64,000 nt of DNA from a bacterium. Its GTDB lineage: Bacteria > Zhuqueibacterota > Zhuqueibacteria > Oceanimicrobiales > Oceanimicrobiaceae. Positions 35,066 to 45,898 of this stretch are shown here, piece after piece (position 1 is the stretch's first letter; each line of letters opens with the position of its first letter). Under the pieces are notes generated by a model, which did no database searches, was not told where the DNA came from, and saw only the letters and a list, made by a program, of their open reading frames with translations. Position numbers and translations under genes: made by a program. The DNA is taken from positions 65,989-129,988 of the forward strand of contig JBHHXT010000001.1 of the NCBI GenBank assembly GCA_046757165.1. The letters run 5' to 3'.

Positions 35066-35374
35066 CTAAGCTTGCTTTTCTCCAAACAGATCGATAGTAT
35101 AGCCGTCGGCCAGCGTAACGATCGCTTTTTTCCAATCCGAGCGCTTGCCGTGGGTCAACCCCTTGCGGGTATTCATCCTCTTGGACTTTCCCTTGACGTT
35201 GATCGTGCGTACATTTTCAACCAAAACCTCGAATTTGCGCTCAACGGCTCGTTTGATTTCAATTTTGTTGGCGCGCTGTGCCACTTCGAACGCATATTTG
35301 CGTGCTTCTTCCTGCATCGAAAGCATTTTTTCGGTTAGAATCGGCCTGAGCAGAATCGTCTCTAGGGGCTTCAT
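35066..35374 (-). CDS. rplW: 50S ribosomal protein L23
   Basis: PILTEK, ANKIEIK, WKKAIVTL. Confidence 0.99.
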   Translation of the reverse strand: MKPLETILLRPILTEKMLSMQEEARKYAFEVAQRANKIEIKRAVERKFEVLVENVRTINVKGKSKRMNTRKGLTHGKRSDWKKAIVTLADGYTIDLFGEKQA

Positions 35375-36000
35375 TTTGCAAACACTCCAGATAGTTTCTT
35401 CACGGCGCCCTTTTGGATCAGCAGGTCGTCACAGTTCAACAAGTCATAGGTCGACTCGGAAGCGGCCACTCTGATTTCAAGTTTGGGGATGTTTCTGCCT
35501 GCGCGCACAATGTCGTGATCATAGTCAGAAAGAAGCAATAACGTCTTCTTGCCGACCAGACCCAAAGACTTCAGGATGCTAAACATCTCCTTGGTCTTAG
35601 GCGCCTCCAGCTTAAAATCTTCCACCAATTTGACTTTACCACTCTTGGCCTTATCAGAATACACAGAAACTCTTGCCAGGGCCTTGACCTTCTTAGGCAG
35701 GCTCATTTTGTAATCTCGCGGGTGCGGGCCAAAAACTCGTCCTCCGCCAACCCACAACGGGGATCGGGTCGTCCCTGCTCGAGCCGCGCCTCTTCCCTTC
35801 TGGCGGAAGGGTTTACGCCCTCCGCCCTTGACAAGCTTCCGATTCTTCGAGGCGGCGTTGCCCTGCCTCATATTTGACTGCTGAGCTTTGACAGCCAGGT
35901 AAACCGCATGCTCATTGGGTTCGATACCAAATACATGGGCAGGCAGCTTGACGTTGTCTCCTGATGAGCTCCCGTCAATCTTGAGAACATCCAATTTCAT
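35371..36000 (-). CDS. rplD: 50S ribosomal protein L4
   Basis: GGGRKPFRQKGRGAARAG, GGGRVFGP. Confidence 0.99.
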   Translation of the reverse strand: MKLDVLKIDGSSSGDNVKLPAHVFGIEPNEHAVYLAVKAQQSNMRQGNAASKNRKLVKGGGRKPFRQKGRGAARAGTTRSPLWVGGGRVFGPHPRDYKMSLPKKVKALARVSVYSDKAKSGKVKLVEDFKLEAPKTKEMFSILKSLGLVGKKTLLLLSDYDHDIVRAGRNIPKLEIRVAASESTYDLLNCDDLLIQKGAVKKLSGVFAK

Positions 36001-36014
36001 GTAAGACTCACAGG

Positions 36015-36635
36015 TTAATTTTTGATGATTACAAGCCCGGCTCTCGAGCCAGGAATTGTTCCCTCGATCATCATGATATTACGCTCAGGTACGATCTTGA
36101 GAACACGTTTCTTCGCTAAAGTGACCCTGGCATTGCCCATTCGCCCCCCCATGCGTACCCCTTTGAACACTTTAGAAGGTGACGAAGACTGTCCGATAGA
36201 CCCCGGCGCCCGCAATCGGTCACTCTGGCCATGGGTCTTTGGACCCCCGCCAAAGCCATGGCGTTTGACCACCCCCTGAAATCCCTTCCCTCTGGACCAT
36301 CCCGTGACCGTCACGGTCTGTCCCTCTTCAAAGGAGTCGACCTTTATCTCGTCCCCTAATTTCAACTGGGCAAGGTTATCAAAACTGTGAAACTCTTTGA
36401 GGATACGTTTGGGCTTGACACCGGCCTTTGCATAATGACCCAACTCGGGTTTGATCGTGTTCTTTTCCTTCTTGTCCTCAAAACCGATCTGGACGGCGTC
36501 ATACCCATCCACATCCTCGGTCTTGATCTGCGTAATATAGCAAGGGCCAGCTTCAATGACAGTCACAGGTACAGAGTTGCCTTGCCCGTCAAAGACCCTC
36601 GTCATGCCAATTTTTCTACCGATAATCCCAGCCAT
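36015..36635 (-). CDS. rplC: 50S ribosomal protein L3
   Basis: GRKIGMT, GKGFQGVVKRHGF, RAPGSIG. Confidence 0.99.
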   Translation of the reverse strand: MAGIIGRKIGMTRVFDGQGNSVPVTVIEAGPCYITQIKTEDVDGYDAVQIGFEDKKEKNTIKPELGHYAKAGVKPKRILKEFHSFDNLAQLKLGDEIKVDSFEEGQTVTVTGWSRGKGFQGVVKRHGFGGGPKTHGQSDRLRAPGSIGQSSSPSKVFKGVRMGGRMGNARVTLAKKRVLKIVPERNIMMIEGTIPGSRAGLVIIKN

Positions 36636-36671
36636 CCTTCTTTGTCTTCCTCAACTAAATGGTGACAGTGG

Positions 36672-36980
36672 TCACACTTTGATTTCAACATCAACGCCTG
36701 CCGGCAACTCCAATTTCATAAGGGCGTCGACCGTCTTCGGGGTGGAATTCAAGATGTCGATCAACCTTTTATGAATCCGCGTTTCGAATTGCTCTCGGGA
36801 TTTCTTATCGACGTGCGGAGATCGTAGGACCGTATAAAGCGAACGCTTCGTGGGCAAAGGAATTGGACCAGAAATCGCCGCTCCGGTCGCCTTCGCAGTG
36901 CGAATTATCTTGTCTGTCGACTTGTCAATCAGCCTGTGATCGTAGGCCTTGAGCTTGATTCTGATATTCTGACCAACCAA
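36672..36980 (-). CDS. rpsJ: 30S ribosomal protein S10
   Basis: [27 protein letters not shown] start. Confidence 0.99.
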   Translation of the reverse strand: MVGQNIRIKLKAYDHRLIDKSTDKIIRTAKATGAAISGPIPLPTKRSLYTVLRSPHVDKKSREQFETRIHKRLIDILNSTPKTVDALMKLELPAGVDVEIKV

Positions 36981-37056
36981 TTATCTAACTCTCCCTAATC
37001 TTAGGTTTAAGTTTAATAACCTCCGATTCCGATAACAAATCCCGTATTTCCCCGCC

Positions 37057-38247
37057 CTACTCGAGAATTTTGGTTACAACACCTGCTCCCACGGTTCGTC
37101 CGCCTTCGCGAATCGCGAATCGCAACCCCTCTTCCATCGCGATAGGCGAAATCAACTCGACTTCCATATTCACGTTGTCGCCCGGCATCACCATCTCCAC
37201 ACCTTGCTCCAGTTTCAGCACGCCTGTCACGTCGGTGGTGCGGAAGTAAAATTGTGGACGATATCCATCAAAAAAAGGCGTATGCCGACCGCCTTCTTCT
37301 TTCTTCAAAACGTAAACCTCAGCGTTAAAGCGCGTATGCGGCGTAATCGACCCTGGTTTGGAGACGACCATCCCGCGCTGCAGCTCATCCTTGTCCACGC
37401 CGCGTAACAACAAGCCGATATTGTCGCCAGCCTCGCCATAGTCCAGGAGTTTTCTAAACATCTCCACGCCGGTGACGACGCTCTTTCTCTTTGTACCGAG
37501 ACCGACGATCTCAACCTCATCGCCGGTAGAGATCCGGCCTCTATCCACGCGACCGGTGCCGACCGTCCCGCGCCCTGTAATACTGAAAACATCCTCGACA
37601 GGCATGAGAAAGGGTTTATCGACGTCGCGAGTCGGAGTCGGCACGTACTCGTCGACAGCTTTCATCAAGCCCAGGACCGATTTGATTTTTTCGTCGTCGT
37701 CGGGATGGGTCAAAGCTTCGAGAGCGCTCCCCTGAATAATTGGAATATCATCGCCAGGGAACTCATATTGGCTCAACAACTCCCTCAGCTCGAGCTCCAC
37801 GAGTTCCAGCAATTCCGGGTCGTCCACCATGTCGACTTTGTTCAAGTAAACGACAATATAGGGGACTCCGACCTGTCGTGCCAGCAGGATATGCTCGCGC
37901 GTCTGGGGCATCGGACCGTCGGCAGCGCTCACGACCAGTATCGCACCATCCATCTGGGCCGCGCCCGTGATCATGTTCTTGACGTAATCCGCATGGCCTG
38001 GGCAGTCGACGTGGGCATAGTGGCGCGCTTCGGTTTCGTACTCAACATGGGCAGTTGCAATCGTAATACCGCGGGCCTTCTCCTCCGGAGCATTATCGAT
38101 CGAGTCAAAACTCATATAATTCGCCAACCCTCTTTTGTTCAAGATCAAAGTAATCGCTGACGTCAACGTGGTTTTGCCATGGTCAACATGGCCGATCGTC
38201 CCGATGTTGACGTGAGGTTTACTTCTTTCAAACTTCTGCTTCGCCAT
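37057..38247 (-). CDS. tuf: Elongation factor Tu
   Basis: [31 protein letters not shown]. Confidence 0.99.
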   Translation of the reverse strand: MAKQKFERSKPHVNIGTIGHVDHGKTTLTSAITLILNKRGLANYMSFDSIDNAPEEKARGITIATAHVEYETEARHYAHVDCPGHADYVKNMITGAAQMDGAILVVSAADGPMPQTREHILLARQVGVPYIVVYLNKVDMVDDPELLELVELELRELLSQYEFPGDDIPIIQGSALEALTHPDDDEKIKSVLGLMKAVDEYVPTPTRDVDKPFLMPVEDVFSITGRGTVGTGRVDRGRISTGDEVEIVGLGTKRKSVVTGVEMFRKLLDYGEAGDNIGLLLRGVDKDELQRGMVVSKPGSITPHTRFNAEVYVLKKEEGGRHTPFFDGYRPQFYFRTTDVTGVLKLEQGVEMVMPGDNVNMEVELISPIAMEEGLRFAIREGGRTVGAGVVTKILE

Positions 38248-38329
38248 GATTTTGCCTCCAGGTTAAAAGATATTCTTAAGTTTTGAACCTCCAGATTGGT
38301 CAAAAGCTTGTTGACACAGCGATGACAGT

Positions 38330-40411
38330 TTACGCTGCATTCACCTTCTCCAGAATCTTTTCAGAAACCGCTTTTGGCGCAATCTCATATTTTGAGAATT
38401 GCAGGGTGAAGATCGCGCGACCTTGCGTCAAAGACCTCAGAGCCGTGGCATATCCAAACATTTCACTCAGAGGCGTTGCAGCCGAAACCACTTGTGCATC
38501 TTTCCTGGGAAAGATGCCTTTGATCTTACTTCTGCGACTGTTGAGATCACCCATGACATCGCCCAAATACTCTTCCGGTACCACGACTTCAACCTCCATA
38601 ATAGGCTCCATGAGCTTTGGCTCGGCCTTCAACGCACCATTCTTGAACGCCATCGATCCCGCAACTTTGAACGCCATTTCAGATGAGTCGACTTCGTGAT
38701 AGGAGCCGTCCAGCAGGCTGATCTTCACATCCAATAACGGATACCCTGCCAGCACGCCGTTATCGACCGCTTCGCGAATCCCCTGGGCAACCGGGTTGAC
38801 ATACTCGCGCGGAATGGCTCCGCCAATAATCTTGTTCTCGAAGATAAACCCTTTACCCGACTCTGCCGGCTCTATCTCGATGACGACGTGAGCATACTGA
38901 CCTCGCCCACCAGTCTGGCGAACGAACTTCGCTTCAGCCTCGACCTTCTTGGTAATAGTTTCCTTATATGCGACCTGAGGTCTGCCCACATTCGCGCCGA
39001 CCTTGAACTCCCTCAGCAACCGGTCGACCAGGATCTCCAGGTGTAACTCCCCCATGCCATAGATGATGGTTTGGCCAGTGTCTTCTTCTGTCTTGATTTT
39101 GAAAGTCGGGTCTTCCTCCGCCAACTTACCAAGGGAGAGACCCAGCTTGTCCTGGTCAGCTTTCGTCTTCGGTTCAATGGCCACGGCGATCACGGGCTCA
39201 GGAAAGTGCATGGACTCCAGCAAAATCGCCTTGTTTTCGACGCAAAGCGTATCGCCGGTTTTGGTATGCTTCAACCCCACAGCCGCCACGATGTCGCCAG
39301 CATGAACACTCTTCAAGTCTTCCCGCTTGTTGGCGCTCATCTGCAAGACACGTCCGAGACGCTCTCTCTTCTTACTATTGGCGTTGTAAATATAGGAGCC
39401 GGCTTCTGCACTACCGGAGTAAACTCTAAAATATGTCAGTTTGCCGACGAAGGGGTCGGTCATGATTTTGAACGCGAGTGCTGAAAATGGCTCATCATCG
39501 GACGCACGCCTGATGAGCTCCTCCTCCGTCTTCGGATGGGTTCCGATGATGTCCGACAAGTCCATCGGTGAAGGAAGATAGTTGATAATGGAATCCAGCA
39601 GCCTTTGTATGCCTTTGTTCTTGAAAGCAGACCCCAGCAGGATAGGCGTAATCTTCACGTTTATGGTAGCTTTGCGGATAGCCTCAATGATCTCTTTCTC
39701 ATCGATCACGTGACCGTCCAGGTAATTCTCGAGAAGCGTATCATCAAACTCTGATACAGACTCGAGCAACCGCGTGCGGTAGTCTGCGGCCATCTCCTCT
39801 AAATCATGCGGAATATCAATCTCATCCCATGTTGACCCCAGACTATCTTCATGATAGATGACCGCCTTCATCTTGACCAAATCGATGAGGCCGGTGAACA
39901 GATCACCTTCACCGATCGGGATTTGGACTGGGACGACATTCGCACCCAATCGTTGCTTGATCATATCTAAAGCGCCATAAAAATTGGCACCGATACGGTC
40001 CATCTTGTTAATGAAAGCGATTCGAGGCACGGAGTATTTATCAGCCTGCCGCCAGACAGTTTCAGATTGCGGCTCAACGCCCCCGACGGCACAAAACAAG
40101 GCCACCGCTCCGTCCAAAACGCGCAACGACCTTTCGACTTCCATCGTGAAATCAACGTGTCCGGGAGTATCGATGATGTTGATGCGATAATTTCTCCATG
40201 TGCAGGAGATCGCAGCTGAGGTAATGGTGATCCCGCGCTCCCTCTCCTGATCCATCCAGTCCATTGTGGCGGCACCGTCATGGACCTCTCCCATACGATG
40301 GATCATGCCGGTATAATACAGGATCCGCTCCGTTGTCGTTGTTTTGCCCGCATCTATATGGGCCATAATTCCGATGTTTCTTATCTTTTCTAGACTGGTC
40401 ATTCTTGGCAT
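38330..40411 (-). CDS. fusA: Elongation factor G
   Basis: [30 protein letters not shown]; start reset to ATG 40411. Confidence 0.99.
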   Translation of the reverse strand: MPRMTSLEKIRNIGIMAHIDAGKTTTTERILYYTGMIHRMGEVHDGAATMDWMDQERERGITITSAAISCTWRNYRINIIDTPGHVDFTMEVERSLRVLDGAVALFCAVGGVEPQSETVWRQADKYSVPRIAFINKMDRIGANFYGALDMIKQRLGANVVPVQIPIGEGDLFTGLIDLVKMKAVIYHEDSLGSTWDEIDIPHDLEEMAADYRTRLLESVSEFDDTLLENYLDGHVIDEKEIIEAIRKATINVKITPILLGSAFKNKGIQRLLDSIINYLPSPMDLSDIIGTHPKTEEELIRRASDDEPFSALAFKIMTDPFVGKLTYFRVYSGSAEAGSYIYNANSKKRERLGRVLQMSANKREDLKSVHAGDIVAAVGLKHTKTGDTLCVENKAILLESMHFPEPVIAVAIEPKTKADQDKLGLSLGKLAEEDPTFKIKTEEDTGQTIIYGMGELHLEILVDRLLREFKVGANVGRPQVAYKETITKKVEAEAKFVRQTGGRGQYAHVVIEIEPAESGKGFIFENKIIGGAIPREYVNPVAQGIREAVDNGVLAGYPLLDVKISLLDGSYHEVDSSEMAFKVAGSMAFKNGALKAEPKLMEPIMEVEVVVPEEYLGDVMGDLNSRRSKIKGIFPRKDAQVVSAATPLSEMFGYATALRSLTQGRAIFTLQFSKYEIAPKAVSEKILEKVNAA

Positions 40412-40532
40412 AAAAAAACTCCACAACTAACTCGAGAAATCTCCATGCATCTCGTGTCACTAATTAGTGGAGAGACAGCTTTCGAACTTTTCCCAAAAAC
40501 TTCTCTACTCAGTATCTGCGATTGATGACATG

Positions 40533-40562
40533 AAAAAGGGAAGTAACCTGAACATCTTCCCT
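40533..40562 (-). terminator. Terminator/attenuator-like hairpin between rpsG and fusA
   Basis: AGGGAAG...CTTCCCT-TTTT on minus strand. Confidence 0.55.
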
Positions 40563-40626
40563 ATCTGATATGTACTTTTTGAAAATGTATTTCGAGCCGG
40601 TTTAGAATACTCGAGAATCCGTCACA

Positions 40627-41097
40627 TCACCAGCGGAAATGGGCAAACGCCTTATTTGCTTCCGCCATTTTGTGTGTATCTTCTCTCTTTTTTATCGCCC
40701 CCCCCTCGCGGTTGAAGGCCGCGACCAACTCAGCGGCCAACTTGTCGGCCATGGATTTACCCGAGCGAGCCTTTGCAAAACCGATGATCCATCTCAGTGC
40801 CAGGGCTTGTTTCCTGTTGGTTCTGACCTCGATGGGCACCTGGTACGTCGCACCACCGACGCGCCGAGACCTCACTTCCAATATTGGTTTTACATTGGCA
40901 ACCGCCTTCTCAAAAACCTCCAGCCCATCCTTCTTGGTCTTCGCTTCAACAATGTCGAGCGCCGTATAGAAGATCTGCTCGGCAACGCTTTTCTTGCCGC
41001 GCTCCATCAAGCCGTTGATAAACTTTGCTGCCAGAATACTCTTATATTTTGGATCAGGCAACACTGTCCTTACTTCAGCCGCTTTCCTTCTAGACAT
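40627..41097 (-). CDS. rpsG: 30S ribosomal protein S7
   Basis: [24 protein letters not shown]. Confidence 0.99.
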   Translation of the reverse strand: MSRRKAAEVRTVLPDPKYKSILAAKFINGLMERGKKSVAEQIFYTALDIVEAKTKKDGLEVFEKAVANVKPILEVRSRRVGGATYQVPIEVRTNRKQALALRWIIGFAKARSGKSMADKLAAELVAAFNREGGAIKKREDTHKMAEANKAFAHFRW

Positions 41098-41106
41098 AGA
41101 TAGATT

Positions 41107-41481
41107 CTATGAGCCTTTTTTCTTGGTTCCATATTTCGAGCGCCCCTGATTTCTATCCTGTACCCCACTGGTATCGTACACACCGCGAACAATGTGATAC
41201 CGGACGCCAGGCAGATCCTTAACGCGCCCTCCTCTAATCAACACAATCGAGTGCTCCTGCAGGTTGTGCCCCTCCCCAGGAATATAGGCAGTGACTTCAA
41301 ACCCATTGGTCAACCGCACCCTGGCGACTTTGCGCAATGCGGAGTTCGGCTTTTTCGGCGTCGTCGTATAAACTCTCGTACATACACCACGACGTTGCGG
41401 CGACCCTGTCAATGCAGGCGCAGTCGTCTTTTTGATCACCCTTTTCCTGCCAGCCTTGACTAATTGATTGATTGTTGGCAA
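41107..41481 (-). CDS. rpsL: 30S ribosomal protein S12
   Basis: [30 protein letters not shown] start. Confidence 0.99.
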   Translation of the reverse strand: MPTINQLVKAGRKRVIKKTTAPALTGSPQRRGVCTRVYTTTPKKPNSALRKVARVRLTNGFEVTAYIPGEGHNLQEHSIVLIRGGRVKDLPGVRYHIVRGVYDTSGVQDRNQGRSKYGTKKKGS

Positions 41482-41508
41482 ATCAAATCCCTCAAGTTAC
41501 AAAACGAT

Positions 41509-41537
41509 AATATAGGTATTGCCCCAGAAAAAAGCAA
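41509..41537 (-). promoter_or_regulatory. sigma70-type promoter for rpsL (str/S10/spc/alpha superoperon)
   Basis: Minus strand TTGCTT-17 nt-TATATT. Confidence 0.7.
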
Positions 41538-41581
41538 CCCATTTTTCACTTTTTTCAAAATCTTATCAACCCTCTCCCAGG

Positions 41582-44500
41582 TTATCCAACAGCCGTCTGG
41601 TACTCATCCTCAACCTGCTCGGCGGGCACCTGCGCTTCATCTTCCGCTTCCGGCTGCTCGGTATGGACTCTGAGCGATTTGTATTTGCTCAAGCCCGTTC
41701 CGGCAGGGATGAGATGTCCCATAATGACGTTTTCTTTCAACCCGAGCAAGCGGTCAACCTTGCCTTCGATACAGGCGTCCGTCAGGACGCGGGTCGTTTC
41801 CTGGAACGAAGCGGCAGAAATGAAACTTTCAGTGGTCAAAGATGCCTTGGTAATGCCGAGCAGCAAAGGTTGAAAGGTCGCAGGTTGCGTCGGCCGACTT
41901 ACGGCCAGGTCTTTACCGGCCTCTTTGCGCTTGGCATTCTCCCGATCAAACTCATCCTGGTCCACGATCTCGTCAACGCTGTATTTGGACTCCCCGCTCT
42001 CAACAACGACCACTTTGTTGCGGATGTTCTCGTTTTCTTCAAGGAAAGAGATCTTGTCGACCTGGTCCCCTTCCAGGTACATGGTATCGCCAGGGTCTTC
42101 GATTTTGATTTTTTGCAGCATCTGACGAACAATCACCTCAATGTGCTTGTCATTGATGCGGACACCTTGCAACCGATACACCTCCTGAATCTCGTTGACG
42201 AGGTATTCCTGCACCTTGTTCGGCCCCATGATGTTGAGGATGTCCTCAGGAGCGATACTCCCTTCACATAGTTTCTCGCCTGCTTGCACGTAATCCCCCT
42301 CATGCACAAGAACGTGCTTTCCGTAAGGAACCATATAGACTTTTTCCTCTTGGGCCTCCTGAGAGGTCACGATTATCTTTCTAGTCCCGCGCCGAATCTC
42401 ACCAAATTTTACCTGCCCGTCTATCTCTGTAACGATGGCGGGCTCTTTCGGCTTGCGTGCTTCGAATAGTTCCGCCACCCGAGGTAAACCGCCAGTAATG
42501 TCCCGCGTCTTCGCTATTTCGCGTGGGATCTTAACGAGGACATCGCCGGCCTTAATCTTTTGCCCATCGTTTGCTTGCAAGTGCGCGCGCGTTGGCACGA
42601 TATAGTTGCTCAACCTCTCGCCCTGCTCGTCGATGATGTGCAATTGCGGGCTGAGACTTCTGTTACGCGTTTCGATAATGACACGTTGTTTTAGGCCAGT
42701 GGTTTCATCAAGCGCTTCGCGGAAGGTCACCTTTTCGATGAGATCGACATATCTAACGTAGCCATCATGGTTTGCAAGAATGCTCGCTGTATACGGGTCC
42801 CATTGGAAGACCACCTTGCCCTTCTCCACCTGCTCATCTTCGGAAACCACAATCTGCGCCCCATATGGGATGGTGTACTGGGCAACAACACGGTTGTTGT
42901 CATCAAAGATTTCGAGCTTGCCATTTCGTCCCACCGCGATGGTTGCGCCATCCACTTGAGACACCGATTTAAGATTGGTAAACTTTACTTTGCCCGCGTG
43001 CTTGGCAGCAACCTGCGACTGAGCCGCAATGCGGGCAGCCGTGCCGCCGATGTGAAACGTGCGCAGGGTCAACTGCGTGCCGGGTTCTCCAATTGATTGA
43101 GCCGCCATCACGCCCACGGCCTCGCCGATATTGACCATGTTTCCTGTCGCCAGGTTCCGCCCATAGCACAGGGCACAAGCACCACGCTTGGATTCGCATG
43201 TCAATACAGAACGAATGTAAACCGTCTCAATACCACTGTCTGAGATTCGGTCAGCCATGTCCTCATCTATGAGGGTATTGGCCTCAACGATCACGTCTTG
43301 AGTGATGGGGTCAAACACATCCTCAGCGGCCACCCGTCCCAATATGCGGTCCCGAAGGGGCTCAATGACCTCTTCACCTTCCTTCAGGTCGCCGATTCGA
43401 ATCCCCAGGATTGTAGTACAATCATACTCTGTAATGATAATGTCCTGCGCCACGTCGACTAACCTTCTGGTCAAGTAGCCCGCGTCGGCTGTTTTTAAAG
43501 CGGTATCCGCAAGGCCTTTTCTGGCGCCGTGCGTGGAGATGAAGTATTCCAACACAGACAGACCTTCGCGAAAATTCGCCGTAATCGGGTTTTCGATGAT
43601 CTCGCCCATCTGACCCGTCATCTTCTTCTGTGGTTTGGCCATCAAGCCACGCATGCCCGCCAACTGTCTGATTTGCTCCTTTGAGCCACGCGCTCCTGAA
43701 TCTGCCATCATATAGATGGGATTGAACCCGCTGCGATCCTTCTCCAGATTGGAAAAAAGTTTTTCTGCCACATCGCTGGTCGTGTGGGTCCAGATATCGA
43801 TGATCTTGTTGTACCGCTCACCGTCGGTGATGACACCATTCTCATACTGGCCTTGAATCGTGTTCACTTTCTTTACCGCCGTTTGCAGCAAGCTCTGCTT
43901 TTCTTCCGGAATGCGCACATCTTCAATCCCGACGGTGACACCAGACTTCATGGCGTATGTGAACCCGAGCTCCTTGAGATCATCGAGAAATATGGCGCTT
44001 TTCTGGTTGCCTAATCTCTTGTACACCTCGGCGGCGATATCTTCCAAACGTTTCTTGGTTAGAAGTTCATTGACAAACTCAGTTTTCTCGGGCAGCACTT
44101 CGTTAAAGATAACCCGGCCAGCGGTTGTTTCGACAAGCTTGCCGTTGATTCTCACTTTGATTTTGGCGTGCAGAGCCAGTTTGTCATCATGGTACGCGAT
44201 AAGGACCTCGTCCGTTGACGAGAAAATCATGCCCTCGCCAAGGGCACCATTAATGGACTTGGTCAAATAATAAATTCCAAGCACAATGTCCTGGCTGGGA
44301 ATCGCCAGAGGCCGTCCGCTTGCCGGGGACAAGATGTTGTGGCTCGACAGCATCAGCATCCGGGTCTCGATCTGCGAATAATAGGAAAGCGGGACGTGCA
44401 CCGCCATCTGGTCGCCATCAAAATCAGCGTTGAAGGCTGCACAAACCAGCGGATGGACCTGTATGGCCTTGCCTTCGATCAGAATAGGTTGGAATGCCTG

Positions 44501-45829
44501 GATTCCCAGTCTATGCAAGGTCGGCGCGCGGTTCAGCAAGACAGGATGGTCATCGATAATTTCCTCGAGAATATCCCACACCTCAGGTCCACGTCTGTCC
44601 ACCAACTTCTTTGCACTCTTGACCGTCTTAACCAGACGGCGCTCTACGAGCTTACGGATGACGAACGGTTTGAAGAGCTCGAGCGCCATTTCTTTCGGCA
44701 GACCGCACTCATGCAACTTCAACTCAGGGCCCACCACAATCACTGAGCGGCCTGAATAGTCGATACGTTTACCCAAAAGATTTTGCCGGAAGCGCCCCTG
44801 CTTACCTCGTAGCATGTCAGAAAGGGACTTGAGAGGGCGGTTGCCGTCTCCGCGCACGGCCGCAGATTTTCTTCCGTTGTCGAACAACGCATCCACGGCT
44901 TCTTGCAGCATGCGTTTTTCGTTCCGAAGAATGACCTCTGGCGCTTTGATCTCCATTAGCTTCTTGAGCCGGTTGTTGCGAATGATAACCCGGCGATACA
45001 GATCATTCAAGTCACTGGTCGCGAACCGCCCACCTTCCAATGGCACCAGGGGGCGCAACTCCGGAGGAATAACCGGAACAACGGACAAGACCATCCATTC
45101 GGGTCTGTTGGAGCTCTTCTTGAAAGACTCAACAACTCGAAGTCTTTTCAGGGCTTCGCTCTTTCGTTGAAAGGATTTCTCTTCTCTGACTCTACGCCGG
45201 AGCTCCGTCGATAGAGCTTGAATGTCAGTTCTTTTGAGTAACTCGAGAACCGCTTCTCCGCCGATCTTGGCAACAAATTCTCCAGCGGCCTCAGTTTCTT
45301 CACCATTTGAGGACTCTTCATCTTCTGCCAAAATACGGAAGTAGTCCTCCTCGGTGATAAGCTCCTTGATCTTGAATCCACTGTTGCCGGGCTCGATGAC
45401 GACATAAGATTCATAGTAGATAACCCGCTCCAGCTCTTTGGCGCTCATACCGAGGATGTAACCGATCTTGGAAGGCAGGGATTTCCAGAACCAAATATGC
45501 ACGACTGGCACAGCCAAGGAGATGTGCCCCATTCTTTCCCTTCGGACACTCTTCGTGGTGACCTCCACACCGCAGCGGTCACAGATGATTCCTTTGTAGC
45601 GGATTCTCTTATACTTGCCACAGTGGCACTCCCAATCCCGAACCGGGCCGAAGATCTTCTCACAAAACAGGCCGTCTTTTTCAGGCTTGAAAGAGCGGTA
45701 GTTTATCGTTTCGGGCTTGGTCACCTCACCGTGTGAACGTTCAAGAACCTTGTCTGATGAGGCCAGGCTGATTGAAATCGCATCAAATGATTTCTTTGCG
45801 GAAGTCTCTTGTCTACTGAAGTAGGCCAA
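41582..45829 (-). CDS. rpoC: RNA polymerase beta' subunit
   Basis: NADFDGD catalytic motif, N-terminal Zn finger, trigger-loop insertion; TTG start after GGAGGT. Confidence 0.99.
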   Translation of the reverse strand: MAYFSRQETSAKKSFDAISISLASSDKVLERSHGEVTKPETINYRSFKPEKDGLFCEKIFGPVRDWECHCGKYKRIRYKGIICDRCGVEVTTKSVRRERMGHISLAVPVVHIWFWKSLPSKIGYILGMSAKELERVIYYESYVVIEPGNSGFKIKELITEEDYFRILAEDEESSNGEETEAAGEFVAKIGGEAVLELLKRTDIQALSTELRRRVREEKSFQRKSEALKRLRVVESFKKSSNRPEWMVLSVVPVIPPELRPLVPLEGGRFATSDLNDLYRRVIIRNNRLKKLMEIKAPEVILRNEKRMLQEAVDALFDNGRKSAAVRGDGNRPLKSLSDMLRGKQGRFRQNLLGKRIDYSGRSVIVVGPELKLHECGLPKEMALELFKPFVIRKLVERRLVKTVKSAKKLVDRRGPEVWDILEEIIDDHPVLLNRAPTLHRLGIQAFQPILIEGKAIQVHPLVCAAFNADFDGDQMAVHVPLSYYSQIETRMLMLSSHNILSPASGRPLAIPSQDIVLGIYYLTKSINGALGEGMIFSSTDEVLIAYHDDKLALHAKIKVRINGKLVETTAGRVIFNEVLPEKTEFVNELLTKKRLEDIAAEVYKRLGNQKSAIFLDDLKELGFTYAMKSGVTVGIEDVRIPEEKQSLLQTAVKKVNTIQGQYENGVITDGERYNKIIDIWTHTTSDVAEKLFSNLEKDRSGFNPIYMMADSGARGSKEQIRQLAGMRGLMAKPQKKMTGQMGEIIENPITANFREGLSVLEYFISTHGARKGLADTALKTADAGYLTRRLVDVAQDIIITEYDCTTILGIRIGDLKEGEEVIEPLRDRILGRVAAEDVFDPITQDVIVEANTLIDEDMADRISDSGIETVYIRSVLTCESKRGACALCYGRNLATGNMVNIGEAVGVMAAQSIGEPGTQLTLRTFHIGGTAARIAAQSQVAAKHAGKVKFTNLKSVSQVDGATIAVGRNGKLEIFDDNNRVVAQYTIPYGAQIVVSEDEQVEKGKVVFQWDPYTASILANHDGYVRYVDLIEKVTFREALDETTGLKQRVIIETRNRSLSPQLHIIDEQGERLSNYIVPTRAHLQANDGQKIKAGDVLVKIPREIAKTRDITGGLPRVAELFEARKPKEPAIVTEIDGQVKFGEIRRGTRKIIVTSQEAQEEKVYMVPYGKHVLVHEGDYVQAGEKLCEGSIAPEDILNIMGPNKVQEYLVNEIQEVYRLQGVRINDKHIEVIVRQMLQKIKIEDPGDTMYLEGDQVDKISFLEENENIRNKVVVVESGESKYSVDEIVDQDEFDRENAKRKEAGKDLAVSRPTQPATFQPLLLGITKASLTTESFISAASFQETTRVLTDACIEGKVDRLLGLKENVIMGHLIPAGTGLSKYKSLRVHTEQPEAEDEAQVPAEQVEDEYQTAVG

Positions 45830-45898
45830 ATTGCCACCTCCTATGAGAGATTGGTGACTGAATTAGTTAATTTCTGCTGATCCTAATCTATCAGAAGA

